Assembly: GCA_903907815.1 (NCBI GenBank)
Contig: CAIVPM010000035.1
Coordinates: 3,776-67,775, forward strand
DNA from: an uncultured Chitinophagaceae bacterium
GTDB lineage: Bacteria; Bacteroidota; Bacteroidia; Chitinophagales; Chitinophagaceae
DNA: 64,000 nt
Direction: 5' to 3'
Shown: one piece after another, positions 46,335 through 56,542 of the stretch
Layout of the letters: each line of letters opens with the position of its first letter
Position numbering within the stretch: position 1 is the first letter of the stretch
Translations under genes and position numbers: made by a program
Notes under the pieces: generated by a model
Told to the model about the DNA's origin: nothing
What the model saw: the letters and a program-made list of their open reading frames with translations, nothing else
Databases searched by the model: none

Positions 46335-47057
46335 ATGGGAAGAATATTTGAAGTACGTAAAGCTACCATGTTTGCTCGCTGGGATAAAATGGCTAAGCAA
46401 TTTACACGTATCGGAAAAGAGATAGCAATTGCTTGTAAAGCTGGTGGTACAGATCCTGCAACCAATCCTGCTTTAAGAAGGTGTTTTCAGAATGCACGAA
46501 GTGTTGGTATGCCAAAGGATCGTGTAGAAGCGGCTATTAAAAGAGCTTCAGGAAAGGAAATGATTGATTTTGAGGAAATTCTGTACGAAGGATATGGCCC
46601 TCACGGAGTAGCTATTCTGGTAGAAACAGCTACCGATAATCATGTAAGAACCGTGGCCAACGTAAAAAGCTATTTTAATAAAGGGAATGGCTCATTAGGC
46701 AATAGTGGAAGCGTTAGTTTTCAGTTTAATAAAATGGGTGTATTTAAGCTTAAGAACGAAGGACTTGATCATGATGAACTGGAACTGGAATTAATTGATT
46801 TTGGTTTGGATGAAATGGGAGAAAGTACCGACGATGATGGTAATACTATATTGGTTTTACGTTCTGCATTTCAGGATTTTGGAAAATTGCAAAAAGCATT
46901 GGAGGATAAGAATATTACACCAATTAGTGCCGAACTGGAATGGATTCCAACTACAACTGTTCCTGTAACCGACGAACAGGCAGAAGATATCAGTAAACTA
47001 ATTGATAAGCTGGAACAGGATGATGATGTAAGTAAGGTGTTTCACAATATGGCTTAA
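46335..47057 (+). CDS. YebC/PmpR-family DNA-binding transcriptional regulator
   Basis: [30 protein letters not shown]..., [14 protein letters not shown]. Length 240 aa. Confidence 0.9.
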   Translation: MGRIFEVRKATMFARWDKMAKQFTRIGKEIAIACKAGGTDPATNPALRRCFQNARSVGMPKDRVEAAIKRASGKEMIDFEEILYEGYGPHGVAILVETATDNHVRTVANVKSYFNKGNGSLGNSGSVSFQFNKMGVFKLKNEGLDHDELELELIDFGLDEMGESTDDDGNTILVLRSAFQDFGKLQKALEDKNITPISAELEWIPTTTVPVTDEQAEDISKLIDKLEQDDDVSKVFHNMA

Positions 47058-47130
47058 TACTTATTGTAAATATTTAATATTAATAATGTTGGAAGTGAAA
47101 CACTTTCCAACATTATTTCTTTATAAGTAT

Positions 47131-47205
47131 GGTCTCGTAGTACAATGGATAGTATAAGAGTTTCCGAAGCTCCAGATACAAGTTCGATTCTTGTCGAGAC
47201 CACCA
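47131..47205 (+). tRNA. tRNA-Arg (anticodon CCG), encoded CCA end
   Basis: Hand-folded cloverleaf. Acceptor GGTCTCG/CGAGACC, D stem GTAC/GTAT, anticodon loop TTCCGAA (CCG at 47164-47166), T arm ACAAG-TTCGATT-CTTGT, discriminator A + CCA. There is one A-C mismatch at the top of the anticodon stem. Confidence 0.8.
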
Positions 47206-47329
47206 TATAGATGACAGACTTCAAATTTATTGACTATTTGTATTCTTTTTTACTTGATTTTGGTCGGTCACTAACGTAAATAAATTCCAAATGTTAAAGA
47301 ACCACTTTATTTTAACAATAAACTAATCT

Positions 47330-47625
47330 GTAGTTTTAGAAGCTGTTTGCTTACACACTTATTAGGATAATACCTGCAAACAATATTGGTAAAATAACAA
47401 ATGATAGGCAGAATATGATAAACGATCGGTTCAATACTCAAAAGACCAGCTCCAATACAACAAATGATAGGCAGAATACGATAAACAATCGGGTCAACAC
47501 ACAAAAGACCAACTCAAACACAACAAAGGATAAGCAGAATACGATAAATGATCGGTCTAATACGTAAAAGACCAGTGCAAACACAACAAAGGATAGGATA
47601 AATACACAAAAGACTATATCCAGAT
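47330..47625. repeat. non-coding tandem array, 63-bp unit (3 x 21) in about 4 copies plus a degenerate leading copy
   Basis: AACAAATGATAGGCAGAATA... begins at 47396, 47459, 47522 and 47585, exactly 63 bp apart. The last copy is internally shortened. Confidence 0.9.
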
Positions 47626-47698
47626 TAACACCGATAATTCTTCATTGAATAAGTTTCATTAAATTAAAACTACACTCAGTATTTTAATTACATCTCCT

Positions 47699-48799
47699 TT
47701 AAAACAACTTCAACTGTTCTCCTGGTCGTTTAAAAATAGTGGTATCCAGATCCCAGGCATCTGCGGTAAGATTGTATAATGCAGTATACTTTTTAAACTG
47801 TACCCTAACCAGTTCGCTTATAGGCCCTTCGCCACGCATTCTTCTACCAAACTGACTATCGTTTACCTGACCGCCATGTGCCGATTCTATCATGTGCCAT
47901 ACTTTATCGGCCCTATCGGGAAAGTTCTTATATAACCAGTCGTGAAACATGAGCTTTACCGATCCATTCAGTCGCACAAAAGTGTAAGCGCTAAAACTTG
48001 CTCCATTATCGGCAGCAGCTTTCAATATTTTTGGTATCTCATGCTCATTTAAACCTGGAATCATTGGGCCCAGCATTACCCCCGTTCTTACCCCTGCATT
48101 GCTTAGCTCATTAATTACTTTCAACCGTTGAATAGCGGTAGTAGTTCTTGGCTCCATCACCCTACGCAAATCCTCGTTTAAAGTATTGATGGTAATGAGT
48201 ATGCTAATGAGATTTTTACTGGCCATCTCCTGAATAAGATCTTTATCCATGAGCATACCGGCATTCTTGGTGATCATTCCTACGGGCTGATTAAACTCGT
48301 TGCAAACTTCGAGTAACTGTCGGGTAATTCTAAACTTCTTTTCGGCAGGCTGATAACAGTCGGTATTGCCGCTGATGCTGATAGGCGTACCATCCCATTT
48401 TGGATGCATGAGAAACTTACGCAACAACTGAGGTGCATTCTTCTTGACCATTATCTTCTGCTCGAAATCTATGCCGGCACTATAGCCCCAGTATTCATGG
48501 GCATTGCGGGCATAGCAATATATGCAGCCATGCTCGCATCCCTGATAAGGATTCATGCTATAAAACATGCCCACATCGGGACTATCTACTTTATTTACAA
48601 TGGACTTTGCATGATCTTCGAGATAAATGGTTTTCTTATTTGCTTCTTCCCAGTCGTCGATACCCTCGACATGCTCTTTTACGGTAGTATTGGTGAGGAA
48701 TCTGTTGGGGGTATTTATCTGCGCACCCCTGCCTTTCTTATATTGCTCCGTGGCCTGTGGTGAAGGCTTTGAATTGGGATTATTTGACAGATCCTGCAT
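47699..48799 (-). CDS. radical SAM protein (PA0069/SplB-like family)
   Basis: CEHGCIYCYA cluster motif, 366 aa. Confidence 0.75.
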   Translation of the reverse strand: MQDLSNNPNSKPSPQATEQYKKGRGAQINTPNRFLTNTTVKEHVEGIDDWEEANKKTIYLEDHAKSIVNKVDSPDVGMFYSMNPYQGCEHGCIYCYARNAHEYWGYSAGIDFEQKIMVKKNAPQLLRKFLMHPKWDGTPISISGNTDCYQPAEKKFRITRQLLEVCNEFNQPVGMITKNAGMLMDKDLIQEMASKNLISILITINTLNEDLRRVMEPRTTTAIQRLKVINELSNAGVRTGVMLGPMIPGLNEHEIPKILKAAADNGASFSAYTFVRLNGSVKLMFHDWLYKNFPDRADKVWHMIESAHGGQVNDSQFGRRMRGEGPISELVRVQFKKYTALYNLTADAWDLDTTIFKRPGEQLKLF

Positions 48800-48847
48800 A
48801 TACTATTGTTCTTATTGTAGCGAAAATACTAAATATTTTAGCACAAC

Positions 48848-48925
48848 AGATACAGAATACAAAAACTAAAGACTAAAAAAAGAAAAACAAAATAAAATAC
48901 AAGGCAAAGAGGGAATACAATTACA
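48848..48925. repeat. mosaic intergenic repeat module (GAATACAAAAACTAAAGACTAAA type)
   Basis: CAGAATACAAAAACTAAAGACTAAAAAAAG and GGAATACAATTACA. The word type matches the reverse complement of 31740-31775. Confidence 0.55.
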
Positions 48926-48954
48926 GGAAGTTGAGCAATCATTATTTAGTTACT

Positions 48955-49713
48955 TTAGGCTTTGCCTGTTACTTTATACATCATAATGCCTATCCATTCT
49001 TTAATAACGAGACCCCAATCGTTTAACAGCTTAGGGTTTGGAAGAATATATTGCTCGGGGGACATTGTTTTATCTACGACAATATAATGAGAAGTTACTG
49101 GCACAACATTTATATGCTGTTTCTGAAAGACCTTTAAAGACCTTGGCATATGAAAGGCAGACGTAACTATGGCAAAGGGCGGCTTCAGGTGTAAAGAATC
49201 GGTTAGTCTTTTGGTAAACAAAGCGTTTTCGTAAGTACTTCTGGAGGCTGGATCTATAATAATATCCTGTTCTTTTACCCCACTCTGTATGAATTCTTTC
49301 TTCAAAGAATCTGCCTCGGAAGGTTCTTTTGTAAGTATAGCTGCTGAGCCTCCGCTAATAATAATCTTTTTGATAATGCCCGATTGATACAATTTATTCG
49401 TCTGTATAAAACGATCGCAGGCATCATTAAAATACCCTTGATTATCATCATCAAAAGTATACATGCCACCTAACAGTATACCAGCTTCGAACTGTGTACC
49501 CTTTTTAATTTCTTGTCTGGGTGTTTGCCACCAAAGCATTGTTTTCTTATAAATTATATTGTTGGTCAATATAAATGTCAGCAATAGTGTAGCAATTAAA
49601 ATACCTTTCTTTCGCTTAGGCTTCTTGGTAAAAAAGTACAAGATTACTCCTATATATATCCAGTAGGCCGGACATAACAGAAACGCTAAAATCTTTGATA
49701 TAATAAAAAACAT
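48955..49713 (-). CDS. YdcF/DUF218-family protein (ElyC/SanA-like), membrane-anchored
   Basis: Two N-terminal TM helices. IIISGG and VTSAFHMPRS motifs. Confidence 0.7.
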   Translation of the reverse strand: MFFIISKILAFLLCPAYWIYIGVILYFFTKKPKRKKGILIATLLLTFILTNNIIYKKTMLWWQTPRQEIKKGTQFEAGILLGGMYTFDDDNQGYFNDACDRFIQTNKLYQSGIIKKIIISGGSAAILTKEPSEADSLKKEFIQSGVKEQDIIIDPASRSTYENALFTKRLTDSLHLKPPFAIVTSAFHMPRSLKVFQKQHINVVPVTSHYIVVDKTMSPEQYILPNPKLLNDWGLVIKEWIGIMMYKVTGKA

Positions 49714-49720
49714 GTTGCGG

Positions 49721-50611
49721 TTACTTATTAAATTGCTTGCTGACTATTAGTTCTTTTGAGCCCGCAATATAAGTGTAAAAACCTTCTCCGCTTTTAACGC
49801 CCAGTCTGCCAGCGGTAACCATATTGATGAGTAAAGGACAAGGAGCATATTTAGGATTTCCTAAACCATCATGCAACACTCTAAGGATGCTTAAACAAAC
49901 ATCGAGCCCTATAAAATCAGCTAATTGTAATGGTCCCATAGGATGCGCCATACCCAGCTTCATGATGGTATCAATTTCGTTTACGCCAGCCACTCCTTCG
50001 TACAGACTAATGATTGCCTCATTAATCATTGGCATTAGAATTCTATTGGCAATAAAACCAGGATAATCATTCACAACAGAAGGTATTTTGCCCAACTGTT
50101 TACTTAGCTCGACAATAGAATCTGAAACAGCTTTATCGGTAGTATAACCATTAATAATTTCTACCAGTTTCATTACTGGAACAGGGTTCATAAAGTGCAT
50201 ACCAATTACCTGCGAAGGTCGTTTGGTAACAGCCGCTATCTGCGTAATAGAAATGGAAGAAGTGTTGCTTGCCAATATAGCAGCAGCAGGTGCGTAGGCA
50301 TCTATTTCTTTAAATATATTTAGTTTAAGCGTAGTGTTTTCGGTTGCAGCTTCTACTACTAAGTCGGCATTACTTACCCCTTCGGCAACTGTGTTACAGG
50401 TGCTAATATTAGCAAGCGTTTCTGCCTTTTGTGCTTCTGTAATTACTTCTTTAGCAACTTGTCTGTCGAGGTTCTTTGCAATAGTAGCAAGTGCTTTCTC
50501 TAACTGAGGCGAACTAACATCAATCAAGGTAACCTTAAATCCTTTTTGTGCAAACACGTGTGCAATACCGTTGCCCATTGTACCTGCACCAATTACTGAA
50601 ATATTCTTCAT
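49721..50611 (-). CDS. hbd: 3-hydroxybutyryl-CoA dehydrogenase
   Basis: Rossmann motif VIGAGTMGNGIAHV, HFMNPVP, C-terminal 3HCDH domain. Confidence 0.85.
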   Translation of the reverse strand: MKNISVIGAGTMGNGIAHVFAQKGFKVTLIDVSSPQLEKALATIAKNLDRQVAKEVITEAQKAETLANISTCNTVAEGVSNADLVVEAATENTTLKLNIFKEIDAYAPAAAILASNTSSISITQIAAVTKRPSQVIGMHFMNPVPVMKLVEIINGYTTDKAVSDSIVELSKQLGKIPSVVNDYPGFIANRILMPMINEAIISLYEGVAGVNEIDTIMKLGMAHPMGPLQLADFIGLDVCLSILRVLHDGLGNPKYAPCPLLINMVTAGRLGVKSGEGFYTYIAGSKELIVSKQFNK

Positions 50612-50633
50612 ATAAATTAATTATCTAATTAAA

Positions 50634-50683
50634 TGTATTTGTATTCATTAGCACATTATCCCATCAGCTAATTAGCTAATTAG
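50634..50683. repeat. mosaic intergenic repeat whose word run supplies the last codons and stop of the 50676-51944 gene
   Basis: TGTATTTGTATTCATTAGCACATTATCCCATCAGCTAATTAGCTAATTAG. The CTA at 50676-50678 is the TAG stop of the minus-strand gene. Confidence 0.8.
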
Positions 50684-51944
50684 AAACCCATCCATCTCTA
50701 TCGTCGGGAGAGAATTTCCATGGAGCAAAGTTGTTTTCTATATTACCAAACACACCATTCCATTCCTGTGGTGCACTGCTCTCTTCCATAATTAAATACC
50801 TACGCATCTGTACGATGATATCTAATGGAGATATACTAACAGGACAAGCTTCTACACAAGCATTACAAGTAGTGCAAGCTCTAAGCTCTTCTTCTGTAAT
50901 ATAGTCTCTCAACAATGATTTATTATCCTCTACAAAAGTCTTATTGGTATTGATGTTTTTACCCACTTCTTCCAGACGGTCACGGGTCTTCATCATAATT
51001 GCTCTGGGACTTAACAGTTTGCCTGTAATATTTGCCGGACAAGCGCTGGTACAACGGCCACACTCTGTACAGCTATAAGCATCCATCAGACTCTTTCTGC
51101 CTAGATCAAATACATCTTTAGCACCAAATCTTTTAGGATCACCAACCTCTCCAGTAGGGGCAAGTTCGGGTTGCATAGCATACAATACTTCCTGCTGAAT
51201 TTCGGGCATATTCTGAAACATACCTACTTCGCTCAATCGGGCATAATAAGCATTCGGAAATGCCAGCATTATATGTAAATGCTTGGAATAAGGCAAGTAG
51301 TTCAGGAAGGCAAATATGCCTATAATGTGCAACCACCAGCAAGCTTTTTCCAGCATTTCTACATGTGCTTCGGAATGATGCTGCAACAATGGTTTCAAGA
51401 AATCTGAGAGCAGAAAAGAATGATTATAGTCGCAGGCATCCATTATCAGGAATAAGCTCATTAATACGATTTCTGTAAACAGAATATAATTAGCATCGCT
51501 GCGTGGCCATCCATTTAAATCACTGGAGGCAAAGCGCTTTAAATTGATAATATTTCTACGGATTAAAAAGATTGCACAAACAACAATAACCAATGCAGCC
51601 AGGATCTCGAAGGAGTCTATCAGAAAAGTATAAAAACCACCCAAAGGGTTAGCAAACAAACGATGGGTGCCCATTAAACCGTCCAGCACTATTTCTATTA
51701 CTTCAATATTGATGATGATAAACCCGGCATAAACTACCAGGTGCATAACCGCTACCAATGGATTTTTAAACATCTTCTTTTGACCAAGCGCCAACATAAA
51801 AAGATTGTTCCATCTTAAAGACGATTGATCGTTTAGCAAATCATCTTTTCCAAGGAATATATTGCGTTTAATTTCAGTAGCTTTCTTAGCAAAGAGGTAA
51901 ACGGAAAGAGCCGTTAACAGCAGGAATAATACTTGAGCAATCAT
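50676..51944 (-). CDS. membrane-bound (Fe-S)-binding protein (HdrD/GlpC N-terminal-half-like, two 4Fe-4S motifs)
   Basis: About 5 N-terminal TM helices. CTECGRCTSACP and CTTCNACVEACP motifs. No CCG domain in this ORF. Confidence 0.7.
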   Translation of the reverse strand: MIAQVLFLLLTALSVYLFAKKATEIKRNIFLGKDDLLNDQSSLRWNNLFMLALGQKKMFKNPLVAVMHLVVYAGFIIINIEVIEIVLDGLMGTHRLFANPLGGFYTFLIDSFEILAALVIVVCAIFLIRRNIINLKRFASSDLNGWPRSDANYILFTEIVLMSLFLIMDACDYNHSFLLSDFLKPLLQHHSEAHVEMLEKACWWLHIIGIFAFLNYLPYSKHLHIMLAFPNAYYARLSEVGMFQNMPEIQQEVLYAMQPELAPTGEVGDPKRFGAKDVFDLGRKSLMDAYSCTECGRCTSACPANITGKLLSPRAIMMKTRDRLEEVGKNINTNKTFVEDNKSLLRDYITEEELRACTTCNACVEACPVSISPLDIIVQMRRYLIMEESSAPQEWNGVFGNIENNFAPWKFSPDDRDGWVSN

Positions 51945-52100
51945 AAGCCAGTGCGATTGTTAGGTTGCTAAGGTATGAGTTTTAGTTTTTGTAGTGAAAA
52001 ACTTGATAGTTACTCTTCATATAATCTAATTAATAAGACCCATTTATTAAGCAAACCAAAAAGTATTCAGGTACTCTATATTTGTAAATAATTACAACTT

Positions 52101-52523
52101 ATGATTAAAACAATTTACCCTTGTCTATGGTTTAATGGACAAGCAAAAGAAGCCGCAGAATTTTATTGTTCTGTATTCGACAATTCAAAGATTCTGGCAG
52201 ACACACCAATGGTAGTTACTTGTGAATTACAAGGTAAAAAGTTTATGTGTTTAAATGGTGGACCAGCATTCCATTTTAGTGAAGCCGTTTCCTTTGTAAT
52301 AGAGTGTGAAACACAGGAAGAGATAGACTATTTCTGGGATACTTTTACAAAAGAAGGCAAAGAAAGTTCTTGTGGATGGTTGAAAGACAAGTTTGGTGTT
52401 TCTTGGCAAATTGTACCCTCTATATTAGGACAATTAATGCAAGACAGGGAAAAAGCACCAAGGGTGATGGCCGCGTTTATGAAGATGAAAAAGTTTAATA
52501 TAGAGGCGCTGATGAACGCCTGA
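52101..52523 (+). CDS. VOC-superfamily protein (PhnB/3-demethylubiquinone methyltransferase-like domain)
   Basis: IYPCLWFNGQAKEAAEFY..., CGWLKDKFGVSWQIVP. Confidence 0.65.
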   Translation: MIKTIYPCLWFNGQAKEAAEFYCSVFDNSKILADTPMVVTCELQGKKFMCLNGGPAFHFSEAVSFVIECETQEEIDYFWDTFTKEGKESSCGWLKDKFGVSWQIVPSILGQLMQDREKAPRVMAAFMKMKKFNIEALMNA

Positions 52524-52569
52524 TAGGAACTACTAAAAAACGCCCGTTTACTGGCTAACAAAAAACATA

Positions 52570-53253
52570 ATGACCAACACAATAAAGGAGTTACTGGCCG
52601 CAGAAGAAAAAGCTATAGGATTATTTAAAGCAATAGAGAACCGTAAACTAATTGTTGCTGGCAAATCGGAGAAACAATTAAATAATGAAGTATTTGAATT
52701 AGCCGAAGAACTTTATAGTATTAAAAAATACTGGCACAAGAGAATTATTAGGGCTGGCAGTAACACCTTATTACCCTATCGCAACAATCCACCTAACCAT
52801 ATTATACAGAAAGAAGATATTCTGTTTTTTGATTTCGGGCCTGTCTTTGAAAAGTGGGAGGCAGATATTGGCAGAACCTACGTGCTGGGAAATGATGAAA
52901 GCAGACTAAAACTACAAAAGGATGTAGAAGAAGCCTGGAAGGAAGGGCTGGCATTTTATCTTCAGCATAAAGAGCATTTAACGGGAGCTGACTTTTATGC
53001 TTATAGCCAGAAACTTGCAGATAAATATGGCTGGGAGTATGGGAATATTCATTGTGGTCATTTAATAGGCAACTTCCCCCACGAGCGGATTTCCGGGGAA
53101 GAGGTTAACAACTATATACATCCCGACAATCATCAGAAAATGAGTGAAAAGAATAAACGCGGAAATGAAAGACACTGGATTCTGGAGATTCATTTTATTG
53201 ATAGAGAAAAGCAAATTGGAGGGTTCTTTGAACAGCTTCTTATTGAAAAATAA
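52570..53253 (+). CDS. M24-family metallopeptidase catalytic domain protein
   Basis: Pita-bread metal ligand pattern DFGPVFEKWEADIGRT, HCGHLIG, ILEIHF. Lacks an N-terminal domain. Confidence 0.6.
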   Translation: MTNTIKELLAAEEKAIGLFKAIENRKLIVAGKSEKQLNNEVFELAEELYSIKKYWHKRIIRAGSNTLLPYRNNPPNHIIQKEDILFFDFGPVFEKWEADIGRTYVLGNDESRLKLQKDVEEAWKEGLAFYLQHKEHLTGADFYAYSQKLADKYGWEYGNIHCGHLIGNFPHERISGEEVNNYIHPDNHQKMSEKNKRGNERHWILEIHFIDREKQIGGFFEQLLIEK

Positions 53254-53299
53254 TATTTCAAAACCATCACTAATTATATAAACCAACAGCAAGGATTAA

Positions 53300-54391
53300 T
53301 TGAAAATGTACAATAAATCAGCACAACGTTTTGATGCTTTAACAGGGTTAAGAGCCATTGCTGCTATCATGGTTTTTCTTTATCATAATAGAAAATACTG
53401 GAGGGGTTGGCTTCCGGATTTTGTTATCAATAACCTGAACGAATATCACTGTGGTGTGACCTTATTCTTTGTATTAAGTGGCTTTTTAATAGCGTATACC
53501 TATCAGGAGAATCCATTACAATCCAGAAAAGAATATGTAAAATATATTCTGATACGATTCATCCGGATATTCCCCGTATACCTGATAATACTCACTTTGA
53601 ATTATATAGATAACGGGTTTCCTCCTTTCAACAATGCAGTATACAATTATACTTTATTAAAAGGCTTCTCCGATAAGTTTAATCTGGATGGTATACCTCA
53701 ATCCTGGTCGCTAACGGTAGAGCTTTCTTTTTATGTGTTTGCACCACTCATCTACCAATACTTAAAAACAAAATTTACTAAAGCTGTTTTCTTTCAACTA
53801 ATGCTATTACTCCTAACGTTTATCATTGGATATAGCTGGCATTTTATAAACAAGAATCCAAACAGGTGGTTATATGATTGGCTCTTTATTTTTGATAGCA
53901 CTTTCTTTGGTAGATTCATAGAATTCTTTGCTGGAATGATGCTGGCCTATTTTGTAAAAACTGAGCACAATCTGTTGAATAATCTGCCTAAAAAGAATCT
54001 TACCTTAATAAGCGCTGTTCTTTCGTTAAGCACCATTTATTGTATCAGTCTTTTCGAGAAAGACACTTACGATCAGGGTATTCTTCATATACCCGGATTG
54101 CTTCTCAGAAACTGTTTATTGCCAGTATTTATTAGCTTCTTATTGTATGGGTTAATGACTGAGAAAACCTGGTTCTGCAAAATACTTTCTACCCGTTTTG
54201 CTATGCTATTGGGTAATGCTTCTTTTATATTTTATCTGGTACATATTGGCTATGTAAATTCTAAGCTTTATAAGGTTCATTATACCAACGATCGCAACTT
54301 TATATTGCTATGGTTAATATCTATATCGGGATATTTATTGTTAGAAAAACCTATCTACAATTTTATGCGTGCGAGAATAAAGATGTTGTAG
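53300..54391 (+). CDS. acyltransferase family 3 membrane protein
   Basis: RFDALTGLRAIAAIMVFLYH start and about 10 TM helices. TTG start per the track; the ATG at 53306 is equally possible. Confidence 0.75.
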   Translation: MKMYNKSAQRFDALTGLRAIAAIMVFLYHNRKYWRGWLPDFVINNLNEYHCGVTLFFVLSGFLIAYTYQENPLQSRKEYVKYILIRFIRIFPVYLIILTLNYIDNGFPPFNNAVYNYTLLKGFSDKFNLDGIPQSWSLTVELSFYVFAPLIYQYLKTKFTKAVFFQLMLLLLTFIIGYSWHFINKNPNRWLYDWLFIFDSTFFGRFIEFFAGMMLAYFVKTEHNLLNNLPKKNLTLISAVLSLSTIYCISLFEKDTYDQGILHIPGLLLRNCLLPVFISFLLYGLMTEKTWFCKILSTRFAMLLGNASFIFYLVHIGYVNSKLYKVHYTNDRNFILLWLISISGYLLLEKPIYNFMRARIKML

Positions 54392-54405
54392 TTACTTACT
54401 GTTTA

Positions 54406-56439
54406 TTAATTCTTGATAAACTTAACTGAAGATATCATTCCATCATTTATAAAACTCAGAATATACGCTCCGGGATTAAGCTTTGAAACATCCAGCACTT
54501 CTTGTTGTGAATTGTAAGGCGAAAAATGTTTTAATACAGTTTTACCTGCCATATTACTAATCAATATCTCTGCATAATTACCAGCCTGATCATGCGAAAT
54601 ATTCATGCTGCTACCAACAGGATTAATGAGAATAGTCAATTTATTAATAGCGTCTTTCTTTATTGCTAATATATTGCTATAAGTATATTCTCCATTCTTA
54701 TCCAGCATCTTTAATCGATAATATAAAACCTTAGATTCTGATGGATTAGCCGAACTAATATCCGTAAAATGGTACCCCTTTTCAATTACCGATTGTTCAG
54801 ATGCATTTACAGTTCCAATGGTATTAAAACTTAGTCCATCAATACTCTTTTCTATCAAAAACTTAGCAGTATTTATTTCATAGGCTGTAGTCCAGTTCAA
54901 TACTACTTGCTGCTCTTCATTTCTGGAAGCATTAAATCTTATAAGACTTAAAGGCAAAGTGTTTGGAACCAATCCATTCAGGTATTCTTCCAGCATAGTA
55001 TAACCACTGCTGGCAACATTATTTTTATCAGTAGAATCATTAGGATTCAATCCCATAGAAGCTTCCCAGCTATCGGGCATTCCATCATGATCAGTATCTA
55101 ATGGAGCCAATGCGGTAGTATCGTAATTTGGCCATCCCCCTACAGAATCCTGTGTATCTATTATGCCCAGGTTTCCTTTGCCATAATAGGAGCATGTAGT
55201 TACTGTGCTATGTTGAGAAGCCGTTCCTGTAAGTGTTTCATTCACTATTCTTCTATCCAGTGTATCTCGCTTTGGAAATATATCACCAGCTCCTGCCAAC
55301 ACTGAATTGTAAGCATCTAAAGCGGTCTGCATTACAATTGGTTCGTTCTGTGTGGGTGCTGCCAGCTTAAAGGAATCGGTATAGGTTGCTGGATAATATT
55401 TAGGCTTCAATCCCAGCCAGTTATTAGCCGTTATGGCTGTTTGTCCGTGCACATAATTACCATCAATATATACTTTGCCTTTTAGTCTGTTTGTCCAGGC
55501 AATTACATAGGTGTCATAAGCATTCAGAATAACCTTTGCTTTAGTAGAAGACGTTGCAGGACCTGGCTTATAATAGTTATTCATAATGTTCAGCTCTGCT
55601 TTTCTTAAAGCAAAAACAGGCTTGCCGGTATCGGCTATTTCTATCTCATTGCCATAACTGTTGTCACTATTTCCATAATTGTAAATAACATTATTTCTAT
55701 AATCTAAATAAGCTAAAGTATCGTGGGTTCTGGAACCATTAAAACGAATGGTACGACTATGATGGTGCGCAATAAGATTGTGATGATAGGTGGCAAACTG
55801 TCCTCCCCAAACACCTGCATATCCATGTTCTCCCTTACCATTATAAGAGGCATTTAAACTCTCACTTATCAGACACCACTGTACTGTAGAATACTTGTTA
55901 TCGTAAAAGGTAGCCGCCTCTTCCATAGACCAGCTCATGGAACAATGATCTACAATAAAGTTGGTGGAATTTTCTACATCTAATCCATATACTGCAGGGT
56001 TGTTGGTTTTAGCTACATCTCCTGGTCTGAAGTGCATATAACGGATAATCAGATTGGTGCCATAAATCTTCACCATCGAACGTTTGGTACAGATACCATC
56101 ACCTGGAGTAGTTTGCCCGGCAATAGTCATATTGTTTCTTTGAACCTTTATCGGGGTCAGTAAATCTATAATACCACCAACCCTGAAAACAATTGTAAGA
56201 GGATCTCCCGGATAAGCACTAAAAGCTTGTCTGAAGCTTCCCGGACCATCATCGGCAAGGGTAGTTACTTCATATACTTTTCCGCCTCGGCCACCCAGAG
56301 AATATTTACCATATCCCTCTGCTCCAGGAAAAGCAAGTTGCTGTGCATTTATGCTAATAAAACAACTAATAGTTAACAGGAAAAATAAACACGCCTTTTT
56401 AATTAAAGCGTTTGAGTATATATATACGGCAGCGTTCAT
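54406..56439 (-). CDS. secreted pectate lyase (PL1-like) with T9SS C-terminal sorting tail
   Basis: Signal peptide. AFPGAEGYGKYSLGGRGGKVYEVT, VDHCSMSW, HHSRTIRFNG. C-terminal ...GAYILSFINDGMISSVKFIKN. Confidence 0.7.
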   Translation of the reverse strand: MNAAVYIYSNALIKKACLFFLLTISCFISINAQQLAFPGAEGYGKYSLGGRGGKVYEVTTLADDGPGSFRQAFSAYPGDPLTIVFRVGGIIDLLTPIKVQRNNMTIAGQTTPGDGICTKRSMVKIYGTNLIIRYMHFRPGDVAKTNNPAVYGLDVENSTNFIVDHCSMSWSMEEAATFYDNKYSTVQWCLISESLNASYNGKGEHGYAGVWGGQFATYHHNLIAHHHSRTIRFNGSRTHDTLAYLDYRNNVIYNYGNSDNSYGNEIEIADTGKPVFALRKAELNIMNNYYKPGPATSSTKAKVILNAYDTYVIAWTNRLKGKVYIDGNYVHGQTAITANNWLGLKPKYYPATYTDSFKLAAPTQNEPIVMQTALDAYNSVLAGAGDIFPKRDTLDRRIVNETLTGTASQHSTVTTCSYYGKGNLGIIDTQDSVGGWPNYDTTALAPLDTDHDGMPDSWEASMGLNPNDSTDKNNVASSGYTMLEEYLNGLVPNTLPLSLIRFNASRNEEQQVVLNWTTAYEINTAKFLIEKSIDGLSFNTIGTVNASEQSVIEKGYHFTDISSANPSESKVLYYRLKMLDKNGEYTYSNILAIKKDAINKLTILINPVGSSMNISHDQAGNYAEILISNMAGKTVLKHFSPYNSQQEVLDVSKLNPGAYILSFINDGMISSVKFIKN

Positions 56440-56542
56440 AAACGGTTGGTTTGTGTTATAATGTTGGACGCTAAAGTAATAAATTTAAAATTACAACACC
56501 AATACTATTCAATACACTATTTACAAATACACTGAAACGTAC

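Noticed and set aside
46173-46400. 75-aa minus-strand ORF overlapping the yebC start
   Set aside because: It overlaps the well-supported yebC CDS and its duplicated upstream element, and it shows no motifs.
47307-47504. 65-aa minus-strand ORF with a 21-aa internal repeat
   Set aside because: It is simply one frame of the 63-bp tandem array. Cys/Ile-rich and lacking start context, it breaks down in the later repeat copies.
47206-47698. Integrated mobile element at the tRNA-Arg 3' end
   Set aside because: I found no integrase, excisionase or phage genes nearby. By eye I also found no second copy of the tRNA 3' segment that would mark an att site. Only the tandem array lies here.
50676-51944. 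Fe-S membrane protein as part of a split heterodisulfide-reductase-like system
   Set aside because: The usual CCG-domain partner is not adjacent; the downstream gene is hbd and the upstream region is a divergent VOC gene. No system can therefore be argued from this window.
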